Source of the DNA: an uncultured Actinomycetota bacterium
Lineage (GTDB): Bacteria > Actinomycetota > Actinomycetes > Streptosporangiales > Streptosporangiaceae
DNA: 64,000 nucleotides
Direction: 5' to 3'
NCBI GenBank assembly: GCA_963843955.1
Contig: CAWJMK010000018.1
Span: forward strand, 648,445 to 712,444
Under the pieces are notes generated by a model. It saw only the letters and a list, made by a program, of their open reading frames with translations. It was not told the DNA's origin and did no database searches. Numbering within the stretch: position 1 is the first letter of the stretch; each line of letters begins with the position of its first letter. Of the stretch, positions 7,772 through 16,518 are shown in pieces. The translations under genes and the position numbers were made by a program.

Positions 7772-9082
7772 CTACTCGTGAGGCAGGACAGAGCCGACCG
7801 ATGCCGTGGGGAGCGGTCGGCGATCAGTAACGCATAGCAGATGGACGTCATAGACTAGGCCGTCGATGGCGTCCCGGCCGCCGTGCTCCGCACTGACGAG
7901 CAGAGCGAGCTCAAGGCCTGCAGTGCGCATTCGTGACCAGGTCGAGAGCTGGATGACAGCAAGCAACTCACCGCCAACGTCCAGAGACGCCATTTCTTCA
8001 TCGGTGTGCTGATGCGCGGCCGCGGGGGCAAGCACGATCGACCGCAGACCGCGGGACCAGCGGACGGCCGCGAGGCTGCGGGCGGCGCGGGCGTATTCGT
8101 GCCACAGGTTCCGGTCGCGGGAGTCGCCGGTCTGGTAGTAGTCGGCCAGGATCTGGAACGGTGTGCGGTTGCCTGTTCGGCTGGTCTTGAGGTCGCCGCG
8201 GGCCATTTCTTCGGCAGGCGTCCACTCGCCGGTCTTGGCCACGTAGGCACCGGCAGCGGTGGCGGAGACGTTCGGGTCGATGCGGACGGCGTGCAGCTGG
8301 TCCGGCGCGCGAAGGCCGTGTTCGAGGCAGGCGGCGGTGAGCCGCACGTGGATGTGGCCGTGCAGCTGTGCGATGGCGGCAGCGTCGAGGTCCTGGTCGT
8401 GGATCAGCAGGACGTGGTAGTGAGGGTGCCAGCCGTTGACGTCACCCCAGGTGAACTCCAGCGCGATGATGTGCCCGGCGATCCCGAGCTTGCGCCTGAG
8501 GCGCTGCCAGGCGGCGCCTTGGGTGACGTGCTTCCACGCATCCCGCTGCACATCGACAAGCTTCGACAGGCCGTCCCCGAGGTCGTGCGGGATCGTGATC
8601 GTCACCAGGCTCGCTGCGTGCCCCTGCGCCTCCCAGGTGGTGAGGGCGTCGCGGAGTTCGGCGGCGCGGCGATGATGGATCTTGGCCGAGCAGACGGGGC
8701 ACAGCCACACGTTGCCGCAGGTCTCCAGGCCGCTGTAGTACGCGGAGCCGTCCTTGATCCGGATCTCGACCTGCGAGCCGACGGGCACGGCGCCGCAGTT
8801 GCGCTGCCGCTGCGGAGTGTCGGGGTCGGCGGCCGCGAGGGCCCGCAGGTTCATCCGCGCTCCGCGGCGCCATCCGGCGGGATCGTCGCAGGCCAGCAGA
8901 GGGTGGTTCGAAACTTTGCGTCTATACCGAGACAGTGCGTTCGCGGGAGCGCGAGCAGGAGGAGATGTGGGGAAGGATGATCGGCGGCCTTCTGCGCTTC
9001 GCGCCTGGCCGCCTCGGGGCGCGCACAGTTCGCGCGCCCTGGTGGTGCGGGAGTCGTGGATGGGCTGTGTCGTGGTTGCCAT
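7772..9082 (-). CDS. Rolling-circle replication initiator (RepSA-like, HUH)
   Basis: ETCGNVWLCPVCSAKI and GWHPHYHVLL (HUH-like) motifs. An alternative start MNLRAL lies at 8854. Confidence 0.85.
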   Translation of the reverse strand: MATTTQPIHDSRTTRARELCAPRGGQARSAEGRRSSFPTSPPARAPANALSRYRRKVSNHPLLACDDPAGWRRGARMNLRALAAADPDTPQRQRNCGAVPVGSQVEIRIKDGSAYYSGLETCGNVWLCPVCSAKIHHRRAAELRDALTTWEAQGHAASLVTITIPHDLGDGLSKLVDVQRDAWKHVTQGAAWQRLRRKLGIAGHIIALEFTWGDVNGWHPHYHVLLIHDQDLDAAAIAQLHGHIHVRLTAACLEHGLRAPDQLHAVRIDPNVSATAAGAYVAKTGEWTPAEEMARGDLKTSRTGNRTPFQILADYYQTGDSRDRNLWHEYARAARSLAAVRWSRGLRSIVLAPAAAHQHTDEEMASLDVGGELLAVIQLSTWSRMRTAGLELALLVSAEHGGRDAIDGLVYDVHLLCVTDRRPLPTASVGSVLPHE

Positions 9083-9272
9083 GAGCCGGCCTCCGCAGAC
9101 GAGCTGGAATCCCAGGCCCGCCGGTGATGCGGCGGGCCTGCCGTGCTTTCTTGGGCCGGGATGGCAACCGGCAGCGCGAAGTGCGCGTGCAGCTAGCCGG
9201 GCTGGCTAGCAGAGCCGAAGAGAAGGAAGCCGCGGCCCGGTCGGCACCGGGCCGTTGCCGGATGAGGGGTCG

Positions 9273-9710
9273 TCAGTTTTCTGGCTCGCCAGGCGTCGCA
9301 TGCGGCTGGCTCAGGAGGTGGGCAAGGTCCTGCTCGCTCAAGTCGTGCAGGTGCAGATGGAGGTGCTGTTCGGTCGCGGGTACCCGGTGGCGGCCGGATC
9401 CGCGGTCATCCTGGCGGCTGATCGCCGCCCGACCATGGCCGGAGGTGAGCGCATGCTGAGTCGCTGGGGTCGCCCGGATGGTGCGGCTTGCCGGCGGGCG
9501 GGATTTCAACCGCAGATGCATGACGGCTGCGGTGGTCAGGCCAGCGATGGTGAGTCCGGCGATGATGCCAGCGGCGATCGCCAGAGTAGTCAGCGTGTGC
9601 GCGACCGCGGTCTTGCCGGCGGCGATGATCACGACGCCGGCGACGATCACGGCAAGCAGAAGGGCGCCGCTGCTGCGGGGCGGCGGGCAGTGGGTCGAGC
9701 ATCGCGGCAT
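9273..9710 (-). CDS. Small membrane protein upstream of rep
   Basis: Two hydrophobic helices (ALLLAVIVAGVVIIAAG, LAIAAGIIAGLTIAGL), co-oriented with rep. Start uncertain (9710 or 9743). Confidence 0.4.
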   Translation of the reverse strand: MPRCSTHCPPPRSSGALLLAVIVAGVVIIAAGKTAVAHTLTTLAIAAGIIAGLTIAGLTTAAVMHLRLKSRPPASRTIRATPATQHALTSGHGRAAISRQDDRGSGRHRVPATEQHLHLHLHDLSEQDLAHLLSQPHATPGEPEN

Positions 9711-9941
9711 GGCGAATCCTCTCCAGGGTGGTGGTGTCAGCAAGGCCTCGAGCCGGGCTGCGCGGCTGAGGGTATGGCCGTGCCCTCGCCGTCAAGGATC
9801 TTCGACCGCTACGCGGCGCCTTCGGCGTCCTTGACCGCGAGACTCTGGCACGGCATCGGCAGAAGGGGCGGCAGGCAAGGAGCCTGCCTCAAAGGACGCC
9901 GCGCAGCCCTCTGTAGCGAGCGGTTGAAGCCGGTCCTGGCA

Positions 9942-9957
9942 TGCCACATACGTGCCA
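9942..9957 (+). repeat. 16-nt arm repeat tgccacatacgtgcca (right arm)
   Basis: Identical to 2612-2627. Lies about 100 nt left of the attR core. Confidence 0.5.
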
Positions 9958-10053
9958 TACACTCGGCCGAAGTCGGCTCGCTAGGAGCTCATCGAAAGCA
10001 GGGTGGCACCGCCGGAGCAGGCACTTTACTGAGCCTGACGGTCTACGGGCTTG

Positions 10054-10098
10054 CTCCTAAGCAGTAGGCCGCAGGTTCGAGTCCTGCTCGGGGCGCCA
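10054..10098 (+). repeat. attR core (45-bp tRNA-Arg 3' fragment)
   Basis: 45/45 identity to 2494-2538. The flanks diverge on both sides. Confidence 0.9.
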
Positions 10099-10107
10099 TA
10101 CCGGCAC

Positions 10108-10168
10108 GTGGAGAATATTTTTCGCCATTCCGTTCAGGGCTATGTAAACTGCCTGCGAGCAATCGCTC
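10108..10168 (+). repeat. AT-rich left-arm repeat (copy 1)
   Basis: Alignable with 12958-13017, including the identical 22-mer aactgcctgcgagcaatcgctc (10147-10168 and 12996-13017). Confidence 0.75.
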
Positions 10169-10226
10169 GTTACGGACGAATCATATTGCTTGAACTTTGG
10201 ATATTGTTCGAACAGCCGACGGCCGA

Positions 10227-10245
10227 GAGCCAAACTGAGAGCCAA
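10227..10245 (+). repeat. GAGCCAA-N5-GAGCCAA motif (isolated copy near the left end of island 2)
   Basis: The same bipartite motif opens the right arms at 12788, 17066 and 22129. Confidence 0.6.
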
Positions 10246-10851
10246 AGCACCTGAACGGCCTGAACGCCGGGCCCCTTCGAACTCGCCGGAAGAGCGCCAG
10301 GGCGAGATACAGCAGAAGTCGGGCCGCCAGCGCGCCGAGCACCGGACGAGCAGCCAGTCGCAGTCACCAGCGCCTCCCGGCGGGCTGGTTCGCTACAACA
10401 ACTCGCGGCTGCCAGCGACCATGCGCGAAGCCTGCGGGCCGCGAGCAGTGAACACTCGACTCGCGGCAGATCCGGACCTCGTCGCGCACTGGCGGCAAGC
10501 GCATAAACATGCAATCAGCTGCCTCGCGAGCGGGCGCTGCCGTGCTGATCATCGGGCGCGAGTCGTGGTGAATAGGTGCCGCGGGGTGGTGTAAACACAC
10601 TATAGGTGAAACGCGGGCGCCTCCGGTTACGCCGCCGGCAGCGAGTGCTGCACACCGTCGCGTCCTGAGATCGAGTATGCCGAAGCTATTCGACCTCTGG
10701 CGCAAAGCCACCGCCAGTTTTCTCCGTCCAGCAGGCGAGGTTGCCGCGGGTGGTCGGGGTGCTGGGGTGGTCGGGGCCGAGCACATGGCCTGGTGATAGT
10801 TGGGGCGCTGCGGGCCCCGCAACGAAATCAATACTAAAGTACACTGATTAA

Positions 10852-11653
10852 ATGGCACGAGCACAGCTGGTGCTGCCGCTGCGGGAGGCAGCTGACCTCC
10901 TCGGCGTGCACTACCAGACTGCCTATGGCTGGGTCCGCCAGGGCCTGCTGCCTGCTACGAAGGCCGCCGCGCTACCAGGTCAACGTCGCCGACGTTGATG
11001 CGCTTGGCGCTCGGCGCGCCGCCGGTACGCCGCCTCGCCCCGAGGTGCGGGTTCGCAACTGGCAGCCGCAGGCTGACCGGTTCTATGACGCGATCGTGGC
11101 CGGCGAGGAGCGGCTGGCCCAGACGCGGCTGGAGCGGCTCGCCGCGGGCGTGCCGTTCATCGAGTTCTGTGAACGGGTTGTCGCTCCGGCGCTGCGCCGG
11201 GTCGGCGACGACTGGGCAGCCGGTGACGTTACGATCGCCGTCGAGCACCGGGCCAGTGCGATTTGTGAGCGCCTGATCGCGCCGCTCGCGGCCCGGCAGC
11301 CCAGGGGCCGCCCGCGTGGAGTCGCCGTGACAGCGACCCCGCCTGGGGAGCGGCATGGGCTGCCCGCGCTGATGGCGGCGGGCAGTCTCCGCGAGGACCA
11401 CTGGCTCGTCCAGCACCTGGGTACCGACCTGCCCGCCAACGAGGTCGGCCGGCTAGCCCACGACGTCGCCGCTCGCCTGGTAGTGCTGTCGGCCACAACA
11501 GCGGAAGCGGCACAACGGGGCGCGGCGGCGGCAGCTCAGCTCGCCGAGGCTTACCCTGGCCTGCTGGTGCTGGCCGGTCGCCCTGGCGAAAGCCTGTACG
11601 ACCTGCGCGAAATCACCCGGATGCATGCTGCCGGCCCCGGCGGCGCCAGCTGA
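10852..11653 (+). pseudogene. Excisionase-type HTH plus cobalamin (B12)-binding-domain regulator, frameshifted
   Basis: Frame 1 from ATG 10852 gives LREAADLLGVHYQTAYGWVRQGLLPATKA, then shifts near 10962-10973 into the 10925 ORF frame (YQVNVADVDAL...). The C-terminus (VAVTATPPGERHGLPALMAA...VVLSATT) is B12-binding-domain-like. Confidence 0.65.
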
Positions 11654-11979
11654 GAACGACCGGCGGCAGGGTCGACTTCGTCGTCGCGGCGTTCTCTGGC
11701 GGCACGGTCGACTTCGGCAAGGTTCTGGACTGGTCTCACCCACCCAGATTCAGCTGGGATGGAACGTCCTCAGTGGGCGTAACGCTGCCGCCAGGTCGAA
11801 CTTGAATATGCGGTAGCTAATTCACGCTTTTGCGAGACTCGATGCCGCGAGTGAGCATGACGCTCGGTGCATAAGCATGCGCGCTGACAACGCGCTGTAT
11901 TCGGCATGAGCGTATGAGCCGACGCTCACGTTCGTGGGGGTGATGGGGGCGCCGGGGTCGGCTGTGCGTGCCGGGCCAG

Positions 11980-12282
11980 TCAGGCTACGAGTTCGCGGAG
12001 TCGCTGGACGTCGGCGGAGATTTTCTCGATGGTGCTCTGCACGGTCTCGTCCTTGTGCGCGTTGAGGGCGGAGAGGATCCATCCGCGGATGAGGCTGGAC
12101 GGCGGCACGTCCAGGCGGCCGGCTAGGCGCTCGATCTCGGCCAGGTCCTCGGGGGACAGGCGGGTGGCGACGGTGACCGACTTATTCGGTCGCGTGGAGA
12201 CGGCACCGGGCGGCATCGGCTGGTCGGCGGTGGCATCGGCTTCGGAGGCGATCTGCTCGACTACCTGCTTGGGGTCACTCAT
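11980..12282 (-). CDS. Ribbon-helix-helix (CopG/BrnA-like) antitoxin
   Basis: KSVTVATRLSPEDLAEIERLAGRLDVPPSSLIRGWILSAL is an RHH pattern. Its ATG overlaps the stop of the upstream toxin-like ORF. Confidence 0.8.
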   Translation of the reverse strand: MSDPKQVVEQIASEADATADQPMPPGAVSTRPNKSVTVATRLSPEDLAEIERLAGRLDVPPSSLIRGWILSALNAHKDETVQSTIEKISADVQRLRELVA

Positions 12283-12537
12283 GGCGCTGGGTCCCTTCAG
12301 CGTAGATCCGGCGGTCGGTGCTATTCGCGCGCCAGCCGTTGGCGCCCCACCATGATCCTGGCTTGTCCTCGCGCCGGACGAGGATGACCACCAGGACCGC
12401 GGCTGCAGTCGGCGAGTAGCCGATCATGCGGGCACTCTGGCCTGACGTGCTCTTGGGTCCGGGTCAAACAGCAGCGCGTCAGGATCGGCGAGTGCCTCGT
12501 TAGCCGCCTGCACCGTGATCCGGTGCCCGGTCCGCAT
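12275..12537 (-). pseudogene. BrnT-like toxin gene, apparent frameshift
   Basis: MRTGHRITVQAANEALADPDALLFDPDP continues in another frame as KSTSGQSARMIGYSPTAAAVLVVILVRREDKPGSWWGANGWRANSTDRRIY. Toxin-first order with an RHH partner. The family assignment rests on architecture only. Confidence 0.5.
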
Positions 12538-12583
12538 GTGATCCTTGCTGTGCTGCCGGTCGACGTCTAACCCATGTTGGCCA

Positions 12584-12599
12584 GTTTACATTTGTAAAC
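12584..12599. promoter_or_regulatory. Perfect palindrome GTTTACA-TT-TGTAAAC about 50 nt upstream of the toxin start
   Basis: Read directly. AT-rich inverted repeat in the TA promoter region, a candidate RHH operator. Confidence 0.4.
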
Positions 12600-12787
12600 A
12601 GATCTTGTCCAGCCCATCTCGAGCACGTAGACCCAACTCGGCTGGCCCCCGGTGCTCGGTCGCCGGGAGGCCGATTGCTGCTGCCGGAACTCGGAGCGTT
12701 GGTCAAGCTCGGCAGGTCAAACTGCCTGGCAGACGGGGAGACTCGCCCGGACTGTGGCGCTTCTTAGCGGAGCTAACGATCTTCGGA

Positions 12788-12954
12788 GAGCCAAACTGGG
12801 AGCCAACGTCAGCAGGAGCCGGGCGTCGTCAGGCGTCGTCAGGCGATTGTCGTTGCAGGTCAGCGCGACGTAGGGCTACGGTGGGCGTTGTCTGGCCTGG
12901 TTCGGGTTTGCCTCCTAAGCAGTAGGCCGCAGGTTCGAGTCCTGCTCGGGGCGC
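12788..12954 (+). repeat. Conserved right arm (12788-12908) plus tRNA-Arg 3' fragment (12909-12954, 46/46)
   Basis: The arm aligns with 17066-17187, 22129-22249 and 24609-24717. The tRNA part is identical to 2491-2536. Confidence 0.9.
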
Positions 12955-12957
12955 ATA

Positions 12958-13017
12958 GCGGAGAGAAGTTTTTTCATTAGTTTCCATGTCGTGATAACTG
13001 CCTGCGAGCAATCGCTC
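12958..13017 (+). repeat. AT-rich left-arm repeat (copy 2)
   Basis: Aligns with 10108-10168. Confidence 0.75.
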
Positions 13018-13459
13018 CTTGGTCAAATCTTGCGGCGCGGACCACAGTTCACCGCCGGACGATGCGGTCCCACAAGGTCAAGTCGGCGGCTGCGGATTCA
13101 CCGGCAACCGGTGCCCCCGCCGTGTCGAGCAGTTCTCCGCTATGCGACGCCTCGCCCGGAGCGGCTTTTGCGTAGTCGCGGGAGCCAGGGACTGGGGTGA
13201 TGGCTCAGGCCCGGAGCCCGCGGAGGACGGGACGGGCCTGAGTCGGCGCGGTCCTGACGGGCAAGGCGCGCCTCCGCCGCAGCCGTCAGGGGGGCCCGGC
13301 CGGGCGGAGATAGGGGGCTGTCGGCGCGCAAGAACAAGGCGCGGTTGCGGTGCAGGAGCGGGCGAAGGTTGGACATGCGTGCCTCCGGTGGTGCGCTGCT
13401 CTTGCTGCTTTCGGCGGCTTCGTTGACGGTCAAGGCTGTGCTCCGTGGCTGGCGCGGGG

Positions 13460-15046
13460 CTACCGGTTCACTGGTGCAGGGTGCGTTTGGGTCTCAATTT
13501 CGTGCGGTCCTCCGGCTGCTTCGGCTTCAGCCCCTGGGGGGCTCGCGGGCTGGTTGGGCAGGAACAGGACTGCCAGCAGCGCGCCTGCGGCGGCAACGCC
13601 GCCAGCGACTAGCGCGCCGATGGTAAGGCCGCGCAGGAATGCGTTGGCGGAGGCGTGCTGTAGCGCATGTCCGAGAACGGGATGGCCGAGCGCAGCGATC
13701 TTGCCGGCGGCCACGTACGCGGCGCCGACGGACTGGTGCGCGATCGCCGCGACCCGGCCCGGCAGGCTCGCCGGCATGGTGGCGGAGAGCCGAGACGCAT
13801 AGACGGATGCGTACACGCTGCCGATCACTGCCACGCCGAGCGTGCCGCCAATGAGCCTGGTCGAGTCGTTCACGGCAGAGCCGACGCCGGCCTTGCGCCG
13901 GGAGATGGCGCCCATGATGGACTCTGTGGCGGGCGCCGAGGTCAAGCCCATGCCAAGTCCGTACACCACCATCTGGGCCGCGATGATGCCGTAGCTGAGC
14001 GTTGCGCTGGTCGTCGCCGCTACCCAGCCGTAGAAGACGGCCATCGCGACCATCCCAGTAGTGACGACGAGCTTGGTCCCTGCCCGCACGGCAAGCTGAG
14101 TCCCGGCTACCGATCCGACCCCGACCGAGAGCGCAACCGGAAGCAGGTGTACGCCAGTCGAAAGCGGGCCATAGCTCCGGACGAACTGGAAGTACTGGGT
14201 GATCAGGAAGATGAAGCCGAACAGGGTGAAGAACGACACCGCGACAGCGCCGCTGGCCGCGCTGAACCGCAGGTTGCGGAACAGCCGCACGTCGAGCATT
14301 GGACGCACGGCACGCCGCTCACGCTCGATAAACGCGGCGAGCAGGACCGCCGAGGCGACAAATCCCGCCAGGCTCCGTGCCGCTCCCCACCCGTAGGTCG
14401 GCGCCTCGATAATGGTGTAGACCAGCAGTGCCATCGTTGCTGCGGACAGCGCCAGGCCGGCGATGTCGGGAGATGCCGAGTCTGGGTCCTTTGAAGCGGG
14501 AACCACAAGCGCCACCAGGATCACGGCCGCTGCCGCAACCGGGGCCATGGCGATGAAAATGCTTGCCCAGCTGAAGTGCTCAAGCAGCCAGCCGCCGACG
14601 ATCGGGCCCGTCGCGATGGCGGCCCCCGAGATAGCGCCCCACAATCCGATGGCGCGAGCTCGTTCCCTTCTTTCGGTGAAGACATTGGAGATCAGCGACA
14701 GCGTCGCCGGGAAGGTCATGGCGGCGCCTAGCCCCATCACTGACCGGGCCGCGATGAGCTGCGCCGGGCTGGAGGTGAAGCCGCCAGCGAGGCTGGCTGC
14801 GCCGAACACGGTCAGCCCAGCCAACAGCATGCCCTTGCGGCCGAACCGGTCGGACAGGCTGCCGAAGGTAAGCAGCAGCGCGGCGAAAACCAAGTTGAAG
14901 GAGTCGACCACCCACTGCAGCTGCGTGGTGGTGGCATGGAGCTCGCGCACCAGATCGGGCAGCGCCACGTTCACTAGCGTGGTATCGAGATTGACGAGGA
15001 AGGCTGCGAGTAGGAGCGCGACCAGGATCAATGGCTTAGATCTCAT
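13460..15046 (-). CDS. MFS transporter, DHA2 (EmrB/QacA, 14-TMS) type
   Basis: LLAAFLVNLDTTLVNVALP, GSLSDRFGRKGMLL, 528 aa, multiple TM segments. Confidence 0.9.
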   Translation of the reverse strand: MRSKPLILVALLLAAFLVNLDTTLVNVALPDLVRELHATTTQLQWVVDSFNLVFAALLLTFGSLSDRFGRKGMLLAGLTVFGAASLAGGFTSSPAQLIAARSVMGLGAAMTFPATLSLISNVFTERRERARAIGLWGAISGAAIATGPIVGGWLLEHFSWASIFIAMAPVAAAAVILVALVVPASKDPDSASPDIAGLALSAATMALLVYTIIEAPTYGWGAARSLAGFVASAVLLAAFIERERRAVRPMLDVRLFRNLRFSAASGAVAVSFFTLFGFIFLITQYFQFVRSYGPLSTGVHLLPVALSVGVGSVAGTQLAVRAGTKLVVTTGMVAMAVFYGWVAATTSATLSYGIIAAQMVVYGLGMGLTSAPATESIMGAISRRKAGVGSAVNDSTRLIGGTLGVAVIGSVYASVYASRLSATMPASLPGRVAAIAHQSVGAAYVAAGKIAALGHPVLGHALQHASANAFLRGLTIGALVAGGVAAAGALLAVLFLPNQPASPPGAEAEAAGGPHEIETQTHPAPVNR

Positions 15047-15078
15047 ACTTGAGATGCTCTAGCTCTAAGTTTAGAAAG

Positions 15079-15096
15079 TCAAGTTCTTCGACTTGA
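15079..15096. promoter_or_regulatory. Inverted repeat TCAAGT-N6-ACTTGA in the MFS/HxlR divergent intergenic region
   Basis: Read directly in a 70-nt AT-rich gap. Candidate HxlR operator. Confidence 0.35.
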
Positions 15097-15115
15097 AGTT
15101 CAAGTAAAATCTGTT

Positions 15116-15769
15116 ATGCTCCTGGGTATGCGCAGCTACAGAGAGTACTGCTCGATCGCGAAGGCCCTCGACGTCGTCGGAGACCGGTGGACCCTCCTGA
15201 TCGTCCGGGAGCTCCTCATTCGCGGCGGATGCCGGTACACCGACCTGAAGGACGGGCTGCCCGGGATCGCGACCAACCTTCTTTCGGACCGGCTTCGAGA
15301 GCTGGACTCGGCAGGCCTGATCCGGCGCGAGGAGGCTCCGCCTCCCGTCGCCACGACACTGTTCCACCTCACCGAGACGGGCGAGGAACTGGCGCCGGTC
15401 CTCGACGCCTTCTTCCGGTGGGGGCTCCGATACATGAGCGACCCGCCGGAGGACGACGCGTTCCGCGGCCACTGGTTCGCATTCCCCGTCTGGTCTCTGC
15501 GCGACAACGATCCTGACGGGCCGCCGGTCTCGATCGAACTGCGCGCCGCCAGCAGTCCCGTAATTGTTGACGTAACCGGCGGCAAGGCTTCCATGCGCCT
15601 CGGCACGGCGCCGGCGCCAGACTTGGTCCTGAGCGGCGAGCCGCGGCTCATCATGGGCATGTTCACCGGCATTGTCACCGCCGCGGAAGCGGCCGATCTT
15701 GGCCTGGATATCAGCGGTGACGCCAGCGTGCTGCATCGCGTCCTGCCCAGGGAGGCGGCCGGGACGTAA
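15116..15769 (+). CDS. HxlR-family winged-helix regulator with C-terminal extension
   Basis: YCSIAKALDVVGDRWTLLIVRELLIRGGCRYTDLKDGLPGIATNLLSDRLRELDSAGLI. Start may be 15128. Confidence 0.85.
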   Translation: MLLGMRSYREYCSIAKALDVVGDRWTLLIVRELLIRGGCRYTDLKDGLPGIATNLLSDRLRELDSAGLIRREEAPPPVATTLFHLTETGEELAPVLDAFFRWGLRYMSDPPEDDAFRGHWFAFPVWSLRDNDPDGPPVSIELRAASSPVIVDVTGGKASMRLGTAPAPDLVLSGEPRLIMGMFTGIVTAAEAADLGLDISGDASVLHRVLPREAAGT

Positions 15770-15799
15770 CATCTCGCGGTCGAGTCCACTACGGCTACC

Positions 15800-16200
15800 T
15801 CGATGGCCGGAATGTGGCGATACCAGCATGAGTAGTGGCTGCTGTCGCACGAATCTTCGCCGCCGCGCGCAGCCCTACCTTCAAAGGAGCTCGCCGACGC
15901 GATCGACGACGCGTTCGCCCTGTGGGACCGCTCGCATCTACATGACTTCGCCCTCGCCGGCGGCAGGCGCTTGTGTGATCCGGACTCGGATTGGGAGATC
16001 GAGGCCGAGTTTGCCGACGACTACCGGCGCGTGAGGTTGTCGCGGTTGCAGCCGGGAGGTCGGTTCGCCTACATCTTCGACCTCGGCGACGACTAGGCCC
16101 CACCTGGGCACCGTCGGCGCACGGCAGGGCTCGACCCGGTCGAGGGCCTGGCGATCCTGCCGGACACTCCTGCCGTGCTCGGGCAATAGCGCCAGCCGGA
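15800..16200 (+). pseudogene. pRiA4b ORF-3-like protein fragment with an in-frame stop and frameshifts
   Basis: TFKELADAIDDAFALWDRSHLHDFALAGG...RFAYIFDLGDD, then TAG where the family has W. The remainder is readable only by changing frames. Confidence 0.45.
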
Positions 16201-16248
16201 GCCAGAGCGTCCTGGTACCTTTCCACCTACAGGGGTACCATATTGAGT

Positions 16249-16518
16249 ATGGCGCTGAACATCAAGGATCCAGAGACCGAACGCTTGGCCGGCGAGGTCG
16301 CCGCCCTGACTGGCAACACCAAGACCGGAGCCGTCCGGTATGCCCTGCGCCAAGTGCTCGAGTCGCTGTCTCGGCCGACTGTCAGGCAGCGGGAAGAACG
16401 CCTCACCCGGTTTCTGGAGGAAGAGATCTGGCCGCTGGTGCCGCCGGATCAACTCGGTAAGCCGCTGTCCAAGGCCGAACGCGAGCAAATCCTGGGCTTT
16501 GGGGAAGACGGCGCATGA
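16249..16518 (+). CDS. vapB: VapB-family antitoxin (Rv0623-like)
   Basis: MALNIKDPETERLAGEVAALTGNTKTGAVRYALRQVLE. Overlaps the vapC start by 4 nt. Confidence 0.85.
   Translation: MALNIKDPETERLAGEVAALTGNTKTGAVRYALRQVLESLSRPTVRQREERLTRFLEEEIWPLVPPDQLGKPLSKAEREQILGFGEDGA

Larger units (their letters stand above)
2494..10098. mobile_element. Integrated AICE, about 7.6 kb, inserted in the 3' half of tRNA-Arg(CCT)
   Basis: Perfect 45-bp direct repeats at 2494-2538 and 10054-10098 enclose int, xis, an FtsK/SpoIIIE-type transfer gene, an HUH Rep and a GntR-type regulator. Confidence 0.85.
10099..12954. mobile_element. Island remnant 2 (integrase-less), closed by a conserved arm plus a 46-nt tRNA fragment
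   Basis: Starts with an AT-rich left arm shared with 12958-13017 and ends with a right arm plus tRNA 3' copy. Carries a frameshifted HTH-B12 gene and a toxin-antitoxin pair. Confidence 0.55.

Noticed and set aside
8006-8980. Long antisense or alternative-frame ORFs inside real genes (for example 8006-8980, 14463-15062, 23153-23830, 40149-41264, 47890-48921, 55676-56791, 56737-57459, 61244-62185).
   Set aside because: High GC suppresses stop codons in all frames. Their translations are low-complexity Arg/Ala/Gly/Pro-rich and each overlaps a gene with clear family motifs.
10600-10851. A possible cobalamin riboswitch upstream of the B12-binding-domain gene (ggtgaaacgcggg...).
   Set aside because: I could not find the conserved B12-box or the characteristic paired elements. 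The downstream gene is a regulator, which would bind B12 as protein, not a transporter or biosynthesis gene.
12829-13026. Minus-strand ORFs that read through the complement of the tRNA fragments into the conserved arms (also 17107-17427, 22201-22461, 24618-24827). In one frame the arms give a similar peptide, KPEPGQT..T.ALRGADL.R.SPD.A*.
   Set aside because: The peptide similarity follows from about 80% nucleotide identity. Substitutions are spread over all codon positions. The upstream parts differ in frame and content between copies. The left-arm portion is AT-rich with atypical codons and lacks consistent starts. They are better explained as non-coding att arms.
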